Below are positions 1 through 9,663 of a DNA stretch of 64,000 nt, one piece after another. This stretch comes from Candidatus Omnitrophota bacterium. Its GTDB lineage: Bacteria; Omnitrophota; Gorgyraeia; JAHJTE01. The notes under the pieces were generated by a model that saw only the letters and a list, made by a program, of their open reading frames with translations, was not told the DNA's origin and searched no databases. Both the position numbers and the translations under genes were made by a program. The stretch covers positions 135,674 to 199,673 of the forward strand of contig JAHJTE010000003.1 of the NCBI GenBank assembly GCA_018830005.1, written 5' to 3'. The number at the start of each line of letters is the position of its first letter. Position 1 is the stretch's first letter.

Positions 1-214
1 TAATGACGATTACTGAAGCGACGAGCTGTATTAACCTTATGGAGATAATGCGAGGGGATAAAACTAGCGCAGCACATAAACACGATAGGGATATAAGTAA
101 ACGCGTAAAGAATCTCCAATTAACTGTTTTTAAGCCACGTAGGAGAAAAACTAAAAAAGTTAATATGGCCAGCAAAGTAAGCCAAGTAAATGAATTTGAC
201 AATAATAGTTTCAT
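1..214 (-). CDS. membrane protein, partial (runs off the left edge of the window)
   Basis: Hand-translated open frame from ATG at 214: MKLLLSNSFTWLTLLAILTFLVFLLRG..., hydrophobic; absent from the ORF track because its stop lies outside the window. Confidence 0.55.
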   Translation of the reverse strand, partial: MKLLLSNSFTWLTLLAILTFLVFLLRGLKTVNWRFFTRLLISLSCLCAALVLSPRIISIRLIQLVASVIVI

Positions 215-361
215 CTTTATACCTTATATAACTAATCTAAACGCTAATTTTATATTATTACGTCCCAAGCTATAATTTTAATATTTTGGTTAATCTAATC
301 AAAATAAATAGTCTATTAAGAAATTATAAATCTATTTTGGCTTGTCTTTTCACATCTAAAC

Positions 362-397
362 AAAAACCCCCTGCAATGTATTCTATCACAGAGGCTT
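362..397 (-). terminator. cassette-end hairpin/intrinsic terminator (minus strand)
   Basis: AAAAACCCCCTGCAATGTATTCTATCACAGAGGCTT; closely similar to 12479-12514; A-run reads as U-tract on the minus strand. Confidence 0.5.
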
Positions 398-407
398 AGG
401 AAATCAA

Positions 408-425
408 GCTCCCCCGCGAGGACTC
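408..425 (-). repeat. tRNA-Asn 3'-end copy (att junction J1)
   Basis: GCTCCCCCGCGAGGACTC is identical (18 nt) to 55561-55578; followed by 14 extra nt, then GAACCT as in the tRNA. Confidence 0.8.
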
Positions 426-627
426 CTCGCTTCGCGCTAGAACCTGTCGCTTTTATAAAGTAGCCCCCGCTCGATCACTCACTCCCCATTATGTAGGGAA
501 GATTTTATTTCTGCTTTATTAATCCAAATTCTTCTTTACTAATTATGTTATTTATTTTAAAATAAGAAAGGAATAGAAGAATGATAAGAGACAGGCAAAT
601 AAAAGAGGGGAGGAAAATTTTACGATT

Positions 628-2787
628 ATGAGTCAAGAAATTCTTCACAAACACCACTTCCTGCCGCGTGAAGTTATCACGTTTATTATTATAACTATAT
701 TGAGTGGTATTTGTTTATTTAACTTTGTCTCTCTCGAGCCTACTGTTGATAATAACTTTTTCTTCTCCAGCGAAGATCCACAATTTCAAAGCGAACATTT
801 AATTAACAGTTTATTCATCCGTAAAGACTCCCAGCTTATTATCTCAGCCACTGGTAATATTAATGGTACAGGATACCACGAAAAGATTTCAGAGCTGAGT
901 AAAAGATTGCTAGAAATCGATGGCGTAACCAATGTTAATAGTCTAACGCATGCGGGACCAGGTGATGTAAAAGCGGCCTTTAAGAGCCCTCTGTGGAAAC
1001 GCCTCATTGTCGCCAGCAACAGAAAATCAACCAATCTCATTGTCCTTTTAGACGAAAATAAAGTCTCCCTAATCATCCCAGAGATTGAAGAAACCATGGG
1101 CATCTTCGAGGATGAAGGTTTTCATCTGCAGGCAGCCGGACTGCCTTACGTTGTTGAATTAATTAGGCGTAACCTTCAGAAGGACTTTAGAATCTTCAGC
1201 CTCCTGGCCTTTTTAATATTCGGCTTTTTAATCTTTCAGATTTTTCGTTCAAAAAGTATCCTTTTAGGAACAATGCTATCCTGTCTGAATGCGGTTATGT
1301 GGACATTTAAGATAACGGATTTAATTGGTATTCCTATGGGCATTCTCACAGCGAATCTAGGTACGATTATTTTTGTTATGACACTTTCCCATATTATCTT
1401 TTTGACATTTAATTGGCGGATCTTCCGCTCTGATCCAAATAGTAAGAATCCTGTGGCTGACGCCATAGCACGAACACTGCCTCCTTCTATCTGGAGTATG
1501 CTGACAACGCTTTTAGGATTTTTAAGTTTGATGTCCGTATCAGCGAAACCTTTAAGGGAATTGGGTCACTCCGGTGCCCTCGGTTCTATAGTGGCGATCG
1601 TTGTGGCCTACGGTGTGTTTCCTACATTCTTAAGAGTGGCAAGCCAGCAGTCTGAGAAAAAAGGTAAGATTGAAAACTATGGAATAAAGACATATAAGTT
1701 TATTAACCTAGAAAAACAATTTATCATGCTGATCATTTTTGTCACCTGCCTTTTGACCTTACCGGGATTAAAAAGGCTTGATTCTGATCCGAGTCTTCTT
1801 TCTTACTTTTCTAAATCCAGTGAAATTCATAAGGGTCTAAGTTATATTGATCAAAACGGTGGCAGTAGTCCGCTTATTCTAGTTGTTGGTACAAAAAGTA
1901 AGGAGAAAATTCATTCGGACAAATCTTATAAGCAGCTATGGAATCTCCAGGAATCACTGGAGCAACACCGTGGCGTTGGCTCAGTCATATCCTTGCCCGT
2001 GCTCATTGCCCAAGCCGCAAAGACGCCTATTTTTGGCTGGCTTTTTCCGCGATCAATTCTGTTAAAAGCAATGGAGATGCCGACGAACGATAAGATTGCC
2101 AAGAGCTTTATAACAAAAGACCGTAAATATGGTCTCTTCTATCTGCGCATGATCGAATCATATCGTGTTCTGCCTCGCCTGGATGTTGTTGAAGAGATTA
2201 AATCCATAGCTGAGAATGAAGGCTTTCATACCGAAATCATCGGAGGCATATACAACCTGCAAGGACACTTAGCTAAGCTTGTTGCATCAAGTTTAGTAGG
2301 AGGACTGGGGAAACTTATTCTCCTTTTTGCTCTTATTACCTGGTTTATTTCGCGCTCTTTGCGTATGACCTTAGCTGTGGTAGCTAGTATTTCTATCATC
2401 CCCTTGACCATCCTGGGATGCTTTGGGGTATATCGAATCCCCTTAGACATTATTTCTGCTCCGGCTTCGAATGTCGCGATCGCCATGGGCATTGATTCCA
2501 TGATCCATATGATAAAATCTTTCCGTCGTACGCGAAACTGGCAAACGGTCCGCGATGAACTCTGGCAGCCAATATTAACTTCTATGTTTGTTGTTGCCGC
2601 TGGCTTCGGTATCTTTTTATTATCGAGCTTTCCTCCCACCCAGCGATTTGGCGGGGCTATTCTCTTCGGTACTGTCCTAGCAGCACTTACTGCCCTCTAC
2701 ATAATGCCCTTACTTTTCGAATATATTAGTTTGGATAAATGGAGGTCTCTTCTAAAGAAAAAACCAAAGACAACCACCTCTACTTGA
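628..2787 (+). CDS. MMPL/RND family exporter
   Basis: 719 aa, two-fold repeat of TM + periplasmic domain + 5 TM; GIDSMIH motif in the second half. Confidence 0.85.
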   Translation: MSQEILHKHHFLPREVITFIIITILSGICLFNFVSLEPTVDNNFFFSSEDPQFQSEHLINSLFIRKDSQLIISATGNINGTGYHEKISELSKRLLEIDGVTNVNSLTHAGPGDVKAAFKSPLWKRLIVASNRKSTNLIVLLDENKVSLIIPEIEETMGIFEDEGFHLQAAGLPYVVELIRRNLQKDFRIFSLLAFLIFGFLIFQIFRSKSILLGTMLSCLNAVMWTFKITDLIGIPMGILTANLGTIIFVMTLSHIIFLTFNWRIFRSDPNSKNPVADAIARTLPPSIWSMLTTLLGFLSLMSVSAKPLRELGHSGALGSIVAIVVAYGVFPTFLRVASQQSEKKGKIENYGIKTYKFINLEKQFIMLIIFVTCLLTLPGLKRLDSDPSLLSYFSKSSEIHKGLSYIDQNGGSSPLILVVGTKSKEKIHSDKSYKQLWNLQESLEQHRGVGSVISLPVLIAQAAKTPIFGWLFPRSILLKAMEMPTNDKIAKSFITKDRKYGLFYLRMIESYRVLPRLDVVEEIKSIAENEGFHTEIIGGIYNLQGHLAKLVASSLVGGLGKLILLFALITWFISRSLRMTLAVVASISIIPLTILGCFGVYRIPLDIISAPASNVAIAMGIDSMIHMIKSFRRTRNWQTVRDELWQPILTSMFVVAAGFGIFLLSSFPPTQRFGGAILFGTVLAALTALYIMPLLFEYISLDKWRSLLKKKPKTTTST

Positions 2788-2832
2788 TTATTTAAGATTT
2801 ACGCTTCTCCTAGCTTTGCAACGACTAAAAAT

Positions 2833-2864
2833 AAAAAAGCCCCAAATAAATTGGGGCATTTTTT
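2833..2864. terminator. bidirectional intrinsic terminator next to a degenerate junction
   Basis: AAAAAAGCCCCAAATAAATTGGGGCATTTTTT, followed by CCTCCTGCCCTATTGG. Confidence 0.65.
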
Positions 2865-3016
2865 ATTCCTCCTGCCCTATTGGCGAGATAAGCTCTCTGA
2901 GGTAGCTAGAGTTAATTATAAGTACCTACAAAGGAACTTGCAGGCATGTGTTTAAAAAGGAATGTCAAGCCGATCAACAACCCGGACCGCCGAAGCGGTC
3001 CGAGCGTCGTCAAAAC

Positions 3017-3046
3017 TGGCTCCCCCTATTGGACGAATTTCGCAAC
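3017..3046 (+). repeat. att junction J2 (tRNA 3'-end core + attP-like arm)
   Basis: TGGCTCCCC CTATTGGACGAATTT CGCAAC; preceded by hairpin CGGACCGC-CGAA-GCGGTCCG (2983-3002). Confidence 0.8.
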
Positions 3047-3183
3047 TTTTTAACTTCTCAAGAGGCGAACAAAATATTCAAGGAACTTATTTACGTCCTT
3101 GGCTAGTATTTATCTTACTGGACTGACATCCTTGAATAACATTGGGGGCTATAATAAATTTGTCAATTAACTGCGCGTATCCG

Positions 3184-4701
3184 TTATTTTCTCCGCATCA
3201 TCTTAATAAAATAGTTACGGAAACACTCCCAGTCACCCACAATGATTCTATTTATCGCAAATTGAAGGTTGTCCAGCAGCGTAATTATTCTAAAGACAAT
3301 CATAGTCAATACAGGAAATGCGATACTAACTTTATAGTAGAATTTTGGTAAAAAAAATCTGGCTATCCACCGCGGGAAAAAGCTTAGATTAAGCAGAAGT
3401 AAAATGATATCATAGGAATTATGAGGCTCAAAATGATAACTGCTTCTGTACGCCTGTTTAATCTCGTCAATTGCCAACCCTTTTTCTTTAGCAATCTTGT
3501 TCAGTTTCGTTCCCGGAAACAACATAAGATTATAATATATAAACCTGTATGGCCTAGGAATTTTTAACAAAAATCCAATACTCTCTCTCTGTTCGCCAAT
3601 TGTACCTAAAGGATCATGGCAGATTATATCATATCTAGGCGGAGACATACGATCTCTATAGCGATTAATCATGCTTATTGCTCGATAGATAGTTTTTGTG
3701 TCGGCTTTACGGTTGTAGCGCATTAAAGCAGTCAAGCTACCCGACTCTATCCCCATACAAAGATTACATAACCCTACCTCAACCAAGGCTTCTAGTTTCT
3801 CTTCGGTTACTGCTGAAGGAACAGTGATTGCCTTAAATGGAAGAGAAACTCTTTCCTTGTACATTCTACTAAACTCAATAATCTCTTCGCTACTTCTTGA
3901 AAAGAAACTATCATCTGCAAAGTGAATAAGCTCTATAAAATCATTTTCTCTACAGACATTCTCAAGCTCCTTGATTACGTCTGATATGGACCTTTTTCGA
4001 TAATGCCTAGCTGTGTACATAGAGTGATAAATTGAATTATTGCAGTAAGTACATGCAAAGGGACAGCCTCGGGAGGTCATAGTTTTATAAAAACATCGGT
4101 AAACTCCTCTGGCATCTTCATATACACGCCTACATTTTTCACGGTAAAGTTCACGTGTCAATTCCCCAGATTGTCCCATAATAGGATTAATGTAGAAATG
4201 GTCCTCAAAAGTAAAGTCCTGAAACGGAAGAGTAGAGATATCTTCTATTAGCGGAGAAAAGGAATTTTCTACAATCTTTCCCTTCTCAATATACCAAAGT
4301 CCGAGTATTTGAGAAATTGGTTTGCCGTCCATAATATCTTTTAATACTGGCTCGCCTTCTCCTACACATACCCAATCTGCAAATTTAAGACATTCCAGAG
4401 GCCTAACTGTAGCATGTATCCCGCCCCAAATTATTTTTGCCCTTGTGTTTTTATGAATAGCTTCGCTTAGCTGAGCAGCGAGAAAGAATAGATTAGTAAT
4501 AACTGTAATACCTACTATATCGCTATCATTTAAAATATTAACTACTTCCTGCAGGGTAACATTAGAATAAGATTTAAGTAAGGTAGGAGTGGGTAGAAAA
4601 ATGATTCTAGATTTATGGCCAAGACTTCGTACATAAGAAGAAAGGACACGCGAGCTCATCCCCGAAAACTCATCTACCATTGAAATAAAGGTTATTTTCA
4701 T
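3184..4701 (-). CDS. B12-binding domain radical SAM protein
   Basis: N-terminal B12-binding motifs (IWGGIHAT, VGEGE); TSRGCPFACTYC CxxxCxxC motif; GIESGS. Confidence 0.9.
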   Translation of the reverse strand: MKITFISMVDEFSGMSSRVLSSYVRSLGHKSRIIFLPTPTLLKSYSNVTLQEVVNILNDSDIVGITVITNLFFLAAQLSEAIHKNTRAKIIWGGIHATVRPLECLKFADWVCVGEGEPVLKDIMDGKPISQILGLWYIEKGKIVENSFSPLIEDISTLPFQDFTFEDHFYINPIMGQSGELTRELYREKCRRVYEDARGVYRCFYKTMTSRGCPFACTYCNNSIYHSMYTARHYRKRSISDVIKELENVCRENDFIELIHFADDSFFSRSSEEIIEFSRMYKERVSLPFKAITVPSAVTEEKLEALVEVGLCNLCMGIESGSLTALMRYNRKADTKTIYRAISMINRYRDRMSPPRYDIICHDPLGTIGEQRESIGFLLKIPRPYRFIYYNLMLFPGTKLNKIAKEKGLAIDEIKQAYRSSYHFEPHNSYDIILLLLNLSFFPRWIARFFLPKFYYKVSIAFPVLTMIVFRIITLLDNLQFAINRIIVGDWECFRNYFIKMMRRK

Positions 4702-4842
4702 ATTATATGCCGCGTTATTAGAAAACTAAAAATAATAGGCTCTCAATTCATAGTTGCTTGACTCAATTATAACTCCGCCAATAAAAATGGGCGGTCCTAT
4801 TTTTCTAAATTTCATTATACGCCGCGAAGGGAAATTTACAAT

Positions 4843-4870
4843 AAAAAAGCCCACCTTATTCAGATGGGCT
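4843..4870 (-). terminator. cassette-end terminator
   Basis: AAAAAAGCCCA...TGGGCT hairpin immediately before GAATTTTCTCCCC. Confidence 0.6.
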
Positions 4871-4877
4871 GAATTTT

Positions 4878-4904
4878 CTCCCCCTATTGGATGACTTTCG
4901 CAAC
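4878..4904 (+). repeat. att junction J3
   Basis: CTCCCC CTATTGGATGACTTT CGCAAC. Confidence 0.8.
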
Positions 4905-4969
4905 TGGCTAATAATAAGAAAGGGGTGCTATATAAACACCCCTTTCTTAAAGCTGCCAGCTAATCAGAT

Positions 4970-5188
4970 TTAATCTACTTTTTTAGCGCAGCTACAACCT
5001 CTCTTACAATTACATGCGTTGTCCTTACAGCAATCGCCTTTGCAAGCGCACTGTTTTTCCCTGCAACATGTTTCCTGTGTGCACTGGCATTTAGCCTGCA
5101 AGCAACACTTCTCTTGCGCTAAAGTTGGTGTATTACTAAAAGGCAGCAAAAATGAAAGTAAAAACAATATCACAATTGTTTTTTTCAT
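4970..5188 (-). CDS. secreted Cys-rich metallothionein-like protein
   Basis: Signal peptide (MKKTIVILFLLSF...TLA) followed by 14 Cys in about 45 aa, arranged as repeated CC-x4-CxC units; GGAG SD. Confidence 0.65.
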   Translation of the reverse strand: MKKTIVILFLLSFLLPFSNTPTLAQEKCCLQAKCQCTQETCCREKQCACKGDCCKDNACNCKRGCSCAKKVD

Positions 5189-5230
5189 GATAATACTCCT
5201 TTTTAAAAAGATTTACTTAAATATTACAAA

Positions 5231-5533
5231 TTAGGAATATTGCTTAGGAGGATGGAAGATTGACCGAATGGATTCTTCAGGCTGGACAAAGATATATTCA
5301 AAATCAAAATTCTCTTCTGGAAATATTATAGAAATTGCATCGGTATTTTTTATAGAGTCTACTGGCTGGGATATTTTCACACATAATTGAGGTTGACAAT
5401 CGCAAGATGAACCGCAACAGTCACATGCCTTATGCATCTTATGCGAATCTTTAATAAACATTTCAGAGAAGGAACATAAAACCAATGAGATAAAAATGAA
5501 CGTAAATAGAATTGTTATAAATATTTTTCTCAT
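5231..5533 (-). CDS. DUF2946-like putative metal-sensing protein
   Basis: N-terminal TM, HKMHKACDCCGSSCDC cluster, C-terminal IFHPPK. Confidence 0.55.
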   Translation of the reverse strand: MRKIFITILFTFIFISLVLCSFSEMFIKDSHKMHKACDCCGSSCDCQPQLCVKISQPVDSIKNTDAISIIFPEENFDFEYIFVQPEESIRSIFHPPKQYS

Positions 5534-5600
5534 AGATACTCACCTAAATAGCATTTTAAGTATAGCATAATTTTTTAAGAAAAACAAATCAACAAGCCAT

Positions 5601-5637
5601 AAAAAACCCTCCGCAAGTTTTTAATTTGCAGAGGGTT
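5601..5637 (-). terminator. cassette-end terminator (repeat of 6841-6877)
   Basis: AAAAAACCCTCCGCAAGTTTTTAATTTGCAGAGGGTT. Confidence 0.65.
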
Positions 5638-5647
5638 GTGGAATTTT

Positions 5648-5674
5648 CTCCCCCTATTGGACGACTTTCGCAAC
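5648..5674 (+). repeat. att junction J4
   Basis: CTCCCC CTATTGGACGACTTT CGCAAC. Confidence 0.8.
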
Positions 5675-5722
5675 TTTTTGGAAGAATCTAAGGAGTATTG
5701 CCTTAACGATGAAATAAAGAAA

Positions 5723-6787
5723 TTACTTGAAGAAATGTCGAGTTTTCAAACACATTCGCACTAACATTAGCATAACTGGCACTTCAATAAGTACTCCAAC
5801 CACAGTTGCCAACGATGCTCCTGATGAAAGACCAAACAACATAGCAGAAGTAGCAATTGCAACTTCAAAGTGATTGCTCGCTCCAATTAGTGCAGACGGT
5901 GCGGCATCTCTGTAGGGTAACTTTAACCATTTAGCGATTGCATATGTTAAAGCAAAAATGAAACAGGTCTGGATAAAAAGTGGTATAGCTATTAAAAATA
6001 TTACTTGGGGCTGCTCAATAATAAGTTCTCCTTTAAACGAAAATAATAGAACAAGCGTAACAAGCAACGCCCCGATTGATATTGGTGTCAAATAATGAAG
6101 GAATTTTTCCTCAAACCATTTCATTCCTTTTTTAGCAATGATAAGTTTTCTTGAGTGATACCCTAAAAAGAGTGGCAGCCCCACATAGGTAACTACTGAC
6201 AATACAATTGTCTGCCACGGAATGGGCATCCTGTTTACACCTAAAAGCCAACCTCCCAATGGTGCATAAAGAAACAACATTGTGAGTGAATTTATTGCTA
6301 CCATAACAAGTGTATGACCATCATTACCTTTTGACAGATGCCCCCAAACAAGCACCATTGCTGTACAAGGAGCTATGCCTAATAAGATACAGCCAGAAAT
6401 ATATGAACGGTAAAGTTCAACCTGCGTACCACCTTTGATAATCTCAAATCCTGGGAGTAGCCCCTTAAATAAAACACCTAAAAATAAAGTAGCTATTGCA
6501 AGCATAGTGAAAGGTTTGATGCACCAGTTTACAAACAGGGTAAGCAAAACAGGTTTAGGACTTTTTCCTGCCTTAACAACCTCAGCGAAATCAATTTTAA
6601 CCATAATCGGATACATCATAAAGAAAAGGCATATCGCAATAGGTATAGATACCTGATAAATTGATATGCTGTCTAAGGTAACGGCAACTTGGGGGAATAA
6701 TTTACCCAAGAGTATTCCCAGACCGATACACCCTATAACCCATAGGGTAAGATATTTCTCAAAGGAACTTAATTGTCGTTCTTCCAT
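5723..6787 (-). CDS. acr3: ACR3 family arsenite efflux transporter
   Basis: [54 protein letters not shown] motifs. Confidence 0.95.
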   Translation of the reverse strand: MEERQLSSFEKYLTLWVIGCIGLGILLGKLFPQVAVTLDSISIYQVSIPIAICLFFMMYPIMVKIDFAEVVKAGKSPKPVLLTLFVNWCIKPFTMLAIATLFLGVLFKGLLPGFEIIKGGTQVELYRSYISGCILLGIAPCTAMVLVWGHLSKGNDGHTLVMVAINSLTMLFLYAPLGGWLLGVNRMPIPWQTIVLSVVTYVGLPLFLGYHSRKLIIAKKGMKWFEEKFLHYLTPISIGALLVTLVLLFSFKGELIIEQPQVIFLIAIPLFIQTCFIFALTYAIAKWLKLPYRDAAPSALIGASNHFEVAIATSAMLFGLSSGASLATVVGVLIEVPVMLMLVRMCLKTRHFFK

Positions 6788-6840
6788 CTTTTTCTCCTCT
6801 GAATCTTACGACTTAGTTAAGTTATAATTCTACCTCAAAC

Positions 6841-6877
6841 AAAAACCCTCCGCAAGTTTTTAATTTGCAGAGGATTA
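6841..6877 (-). terminator. cassette-end terminator (repeat of 5601-5637)
   Basis: AAAAACCCTCCGCAAGTTTTTAATTTGCAGAGGATTA, then GTGTAATTTTCTCCCC. Confidence 0.6.
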
Positions 6878-6887
6878 GTGTAATTTT

Positions 6888-6918
6888 CTCCCCGAGACCC
6901 CCAAAAATCCGAACTTTT
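6888..6918 (+). repeat. att junction J5 (left end of the ars cassette)
   Basis: CTCCCC GAGACCCCCA AAAATCCGAACTTTT; the last 15 nt are a perfect inverted repeat of AAAAGTTCGGATTTT (11436-11450) at the cassette's right end. Confidence 0.75.
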
Positions 6919-7015
6919 GGCAAGCAACAATATATCTAGGAAAGAACGGGCTAAAGAACGGAGAAAGGTGGAAAATTTTAGTTTAGCACTCACACTGCTT
7001 TGGCTGGTATTTCTT

Positions 7016-8185
7016 TTATTTAAACCATCCTCGCGTATTCAGGCAAACACGCACAAGCATCAGCATCACAGGAACCTCAATCAGCACGCCAACAACAGTC
7101 GCCAACGCTGCTCCCGACGAAAGCCCAAAAAGCATAGTCGCCGTTGCAATAGCAACCTCGAAATGATTACTTGCGCCAATCATTGCCGAGGGAGCCGCAT
7201 CCTCATAACTCAACCTCAATTTCTTCGCCAGCCAATATGTTATACCAAATATCAAGCATGTCTGGATAAATAAAGGAATTGCTATCCATAAAATCGTCAA
7301 CGGCTTAGCAAGGATAACTGCCCCTTTAAAAGAGAACAAAAGAACCAACGTAAAAAGTAAAGCAATTATTGAGACTGGTGACAGCACATGCAAAAACTTC
7401 TCATTAAACCAATCTATTCCTTTATGACTTATAATCCACTTTCTTGAAAAAAAACCTGCAACTAACGGCAACGCAACATAGATAGCAATAGATAACAGCA
7501 ACGCTTGCCACGGAACAGGCATCCTTCCCACACCAAGAAGGAACCCACCAAGCACACCGTAAAGCAAAAGCATTGTTAAGGAATTGATAGCAACCATAAC
7601 AAGGGTGTGTCCGTCATTGCCTTTTGCAAGAAATCCCCAGACCAAAACCATTGCTGTGCATGGAGCTATACCGAGAAGAATACATCCAGCAAAATAGCTT
7701 CTCCACAAAGGCACCTGCAACATTCTCATTCCTTCATGCATAACAACCTGACCTGCACCATGAATTGAACCTACAGCCCAATCTATTGCTCCAGGAGGGA
7801 GTTTTACAAAATCCACTGCTTCTGCACCAATAAAACCCTTAAACAGCACACCCAAAAACAGAAAAGCAATAGCATACATGGTAAAAGGTTTTATTGCCCA
7901 GTTTACAAATAGCGTTAAACCAACAGGCTTGGGCGACTTGCCAGCCTTAATAACCTCAGCAAAATCAATCTTAACCATGATAGGATACATCATGAAAAAA
8001 AGACATATCGCAATGGGAACCGAAACAACAGGAGCACCACCGACATAAATAGAAAGGCCGTCAAGACACTTCGCCATTCCAGGCGCAATCTTACCTATTA
8101 AGATACCCCCGCCGATACACAACAAAACCCACAGCGTCAGATACTTCTCAAAAACCGACATACCCCTATTAACATTCTTTTCCAT
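7016..8185 (-). CDS. acr3: ACR3 family arsenite efflux transporter (second copy, with loop insertion)
   Basis: Same Acr3 motifs as 5723-6787; start moved to the ATG after a GGAG SD. Confidence 0.95.
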   Translation of the reverse strand: MEKNVNRGMSVFEKYLTLWVLLCIGGGILIGKIAPGMAKCLDGLSIYVGGAPVVSVPIAICLFFMMYPIMVKIDFAEVIKAGKSPKPVGLTLFVNWAIKPFTMYAIAFLFLGVLFKGFIGAEAVDFVKLPPGAIDWAVGSIHGAGQVVMHEGMRMLQVPLWRSYFAGCILLGIAPCTAMVLVWGFLAKGNDGHTLVMVAINSLTMLLLYGVLGGFLLGVGRMPVPWQALLLSIAIYVALPLVAGFFSRKWIISHKGIDWFNEKFLHVLSPVSIIALLFTLVLLFSFKGAVILAKPLTILWIAIPLFIQTCLIFGITYWLAKKLRLSYEDAAPSAMIGASNHFEVAIATATMLFGLSSGAALATVVGVLIEVPVMLMLVRVCLNTRGWFK

Positions 8186-8205
8186 TTTTATATCTCCACA
8201 CTCCA

Positions 8206-8886
8206 TCATAAATAGTTAATCATGATGTGTGACCAGACAAAATATATCCCTACCACAATAAATATCACTCCTGTAATCTTTCTTGCCCATAATTCTAATT
8301 TTGCAGTCTTATGAAACCACTTCGAAAACGACTTCACGCCAAAAACAATCCCCAACGCAAAAATGGTAACAGGAATTCCTGTGCCGATACCGTAAATAAA
8401 AGGATAAGTCATCCCTATTTTACTGTTCAATGCAAGTGGGATAAGGCTTCCGAAGAACAATGCGGCAGCAATAGGACAGAATGATAAGGCGAAAAGCATC
8501 CCGAGAAGAAATGCTCCGCCAGTTCCTGACTCAGCCAGCTTATTCTGCTTCTCATGAGACAACGAAAAAGAAAACGAACTGAACCTGATAACGTCAAGAA
8601 GAAACAATCCGACAATTAACAGAATTGGCCCAATTATCTTATTCAGATAAATTTGCAGAAAATTTGCTATAGATGGAACGCTTACGAGAGAAGCGATAAT
8701 GACAGAACCGATAACTGCGTAAGTCACCATCCTCCCGAGAACGTAAGCAATGCTCGAAAGAAACACAGCCATGGGATGATTAACCTTCTTTGAAAGAAAA
8801 GAAACAGCCGCAATATTCGTTGCAAGCGGACAAGGACTGATGGAAGTAAGTATGCCAAGCCACAAAGCAGACAAAAGCTCAATCAT
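8206..8886 (-). CDS. arsG: ArsG-family / CcdA-like permease
   Basis: [12 protein letters not shown] and LSFCP motifs, 6 TM, in an ars operon. Confidence 0.8.
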   Translation of the reverse strand: MIELLSALWLGILTSISPCPLATNIAAVSFLSKKVNHPMAVFLSSIAYVLGRMVTYAVIGSVIIASLVSVPSIANFLQIYLNKIIGPILLIVGLFLLDVIRFSSFSFSLSHEKQNKLAESGTGGAFLLGMLFALSFCPIAAALFFGSLIPLALNSKIGMTYPFIYGIGTGIPVTIFALGIVFGVKSFSKWFHKTAKLELWARKITGVIFIVVGIYFVWSHIMINYL

Positions 8887-9392
8887 GAGGAACCCCCTGC
8901 AATAAACGCTTCGGTCTCCTTTTTGACGTAATCAAAAAACTGCTGCTTGTTCCTAATAAATTGCCAGACACCCTCAAGGTTTTTGTAACCGACTTCTTTT
9001 CCGTCCTCAACTTTTGAAAGGACTACGCTTTTTGTGTAAAGCTTGTAATCATTAACGAAGTGCTCATTGCCTTTTTCCTCAACATTCACGGCACGGAACT
9101 CAAGCCCTCCGGAAGCAATCTCGTCGCTGAAATAAAGCTCCAAGGCTTCCTTTGTATAAGCCTCAATAGCTTTGCACGAGGCGCATCTGTAATTGCCGTA
9201 AAAATAATACGCAACAACGCCGGAATCAGAAACAGGAACAGAAGCGATAGGCGATGAGTCGACGCTTGAGGCGTCTTCAACAACTCCCAAAGAAGACGTA
9301 TCGCTCTCTTTAGGCGAATCACAGCCAGGAAGAAAAGACATGGCGAGAAGACCTACGGCTAAAAAAACAGGCAAAAACAAAAACTTTTTCGT
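8883..9392 (-). CDS. arsF: ArsF-family thioredoxin-like lipoprotein
   Basis: YYFYGNYRCASCKAIE motif; LPGC lipobox-like site; the SD-positioned start codon reads ACG (9392), next option TTG at 9380. Confidence 0.75.
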   Translation of the reverse strand, partial: TKKFLFLPVFLAVGLLAMSFLPGCDSPKESDTSSLGVVEDASSVDSSPIASVPVSDSGVVAYYFYGNYRCASCKAIEAYTKEALELYFSDEIASGGLEFRAVNVEEKGNEHFVNDYKLYTKSVVLSKVEDGKEVGYKNLEGVWQFIRNKQQFFDYVKKETEAFIAGGSS

Positions 9393-9410
9393 TTGATCAT
9401 CCTCCCCTAT

Positions 9411-9641
9411 TTATGAAAACATTCCTTTAATCTCATCACTCGAAGGCACCTTTCCTGCAACCTTCACCTTTCCGTCAACAACCAAAGCAGGCGTGGTCAT
9501 AACGCCATACTCCGTTATCTTGTCCATATCCTCAACCTTGATTAGCTCTGCATCAACACCTATCTCATCAACAGCTTTTTGTGCATTATCATATAACTGC
9601 TTGCACTTAGGACAACCCATGCCCAAAATCTCAATTTTCAT
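9411..9641 (-). CDS. small redox-active disulfide protein (thioredoxin family, ArsE-like)
   Basis: MKIEILGMGCPKC ... YGVMTTPALVVDG. Confidence 0.9.
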   Translation of the reverse strand: MKIEILGMGCPKCKQLYDNAQKAVDEIGVDAELIKVEDMDKITEYGVMTTPALVVDGKVKVAGKVPSSDEIKGMFS

Positions 9642-9663
9642 CTCTAATACCTCCCTAAATAAT

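Noticed and set aside
3-275. + strand 90-aa ORF
   Set aside because: It is the shadow of a more plausible minus-strand membrane-protein ORF starting at 214.
408-445. A second tRNA-Asn gene
   Set aside because: Only the acceptor/T-arm fragment is present; there is no D-arm or anticodon arm.
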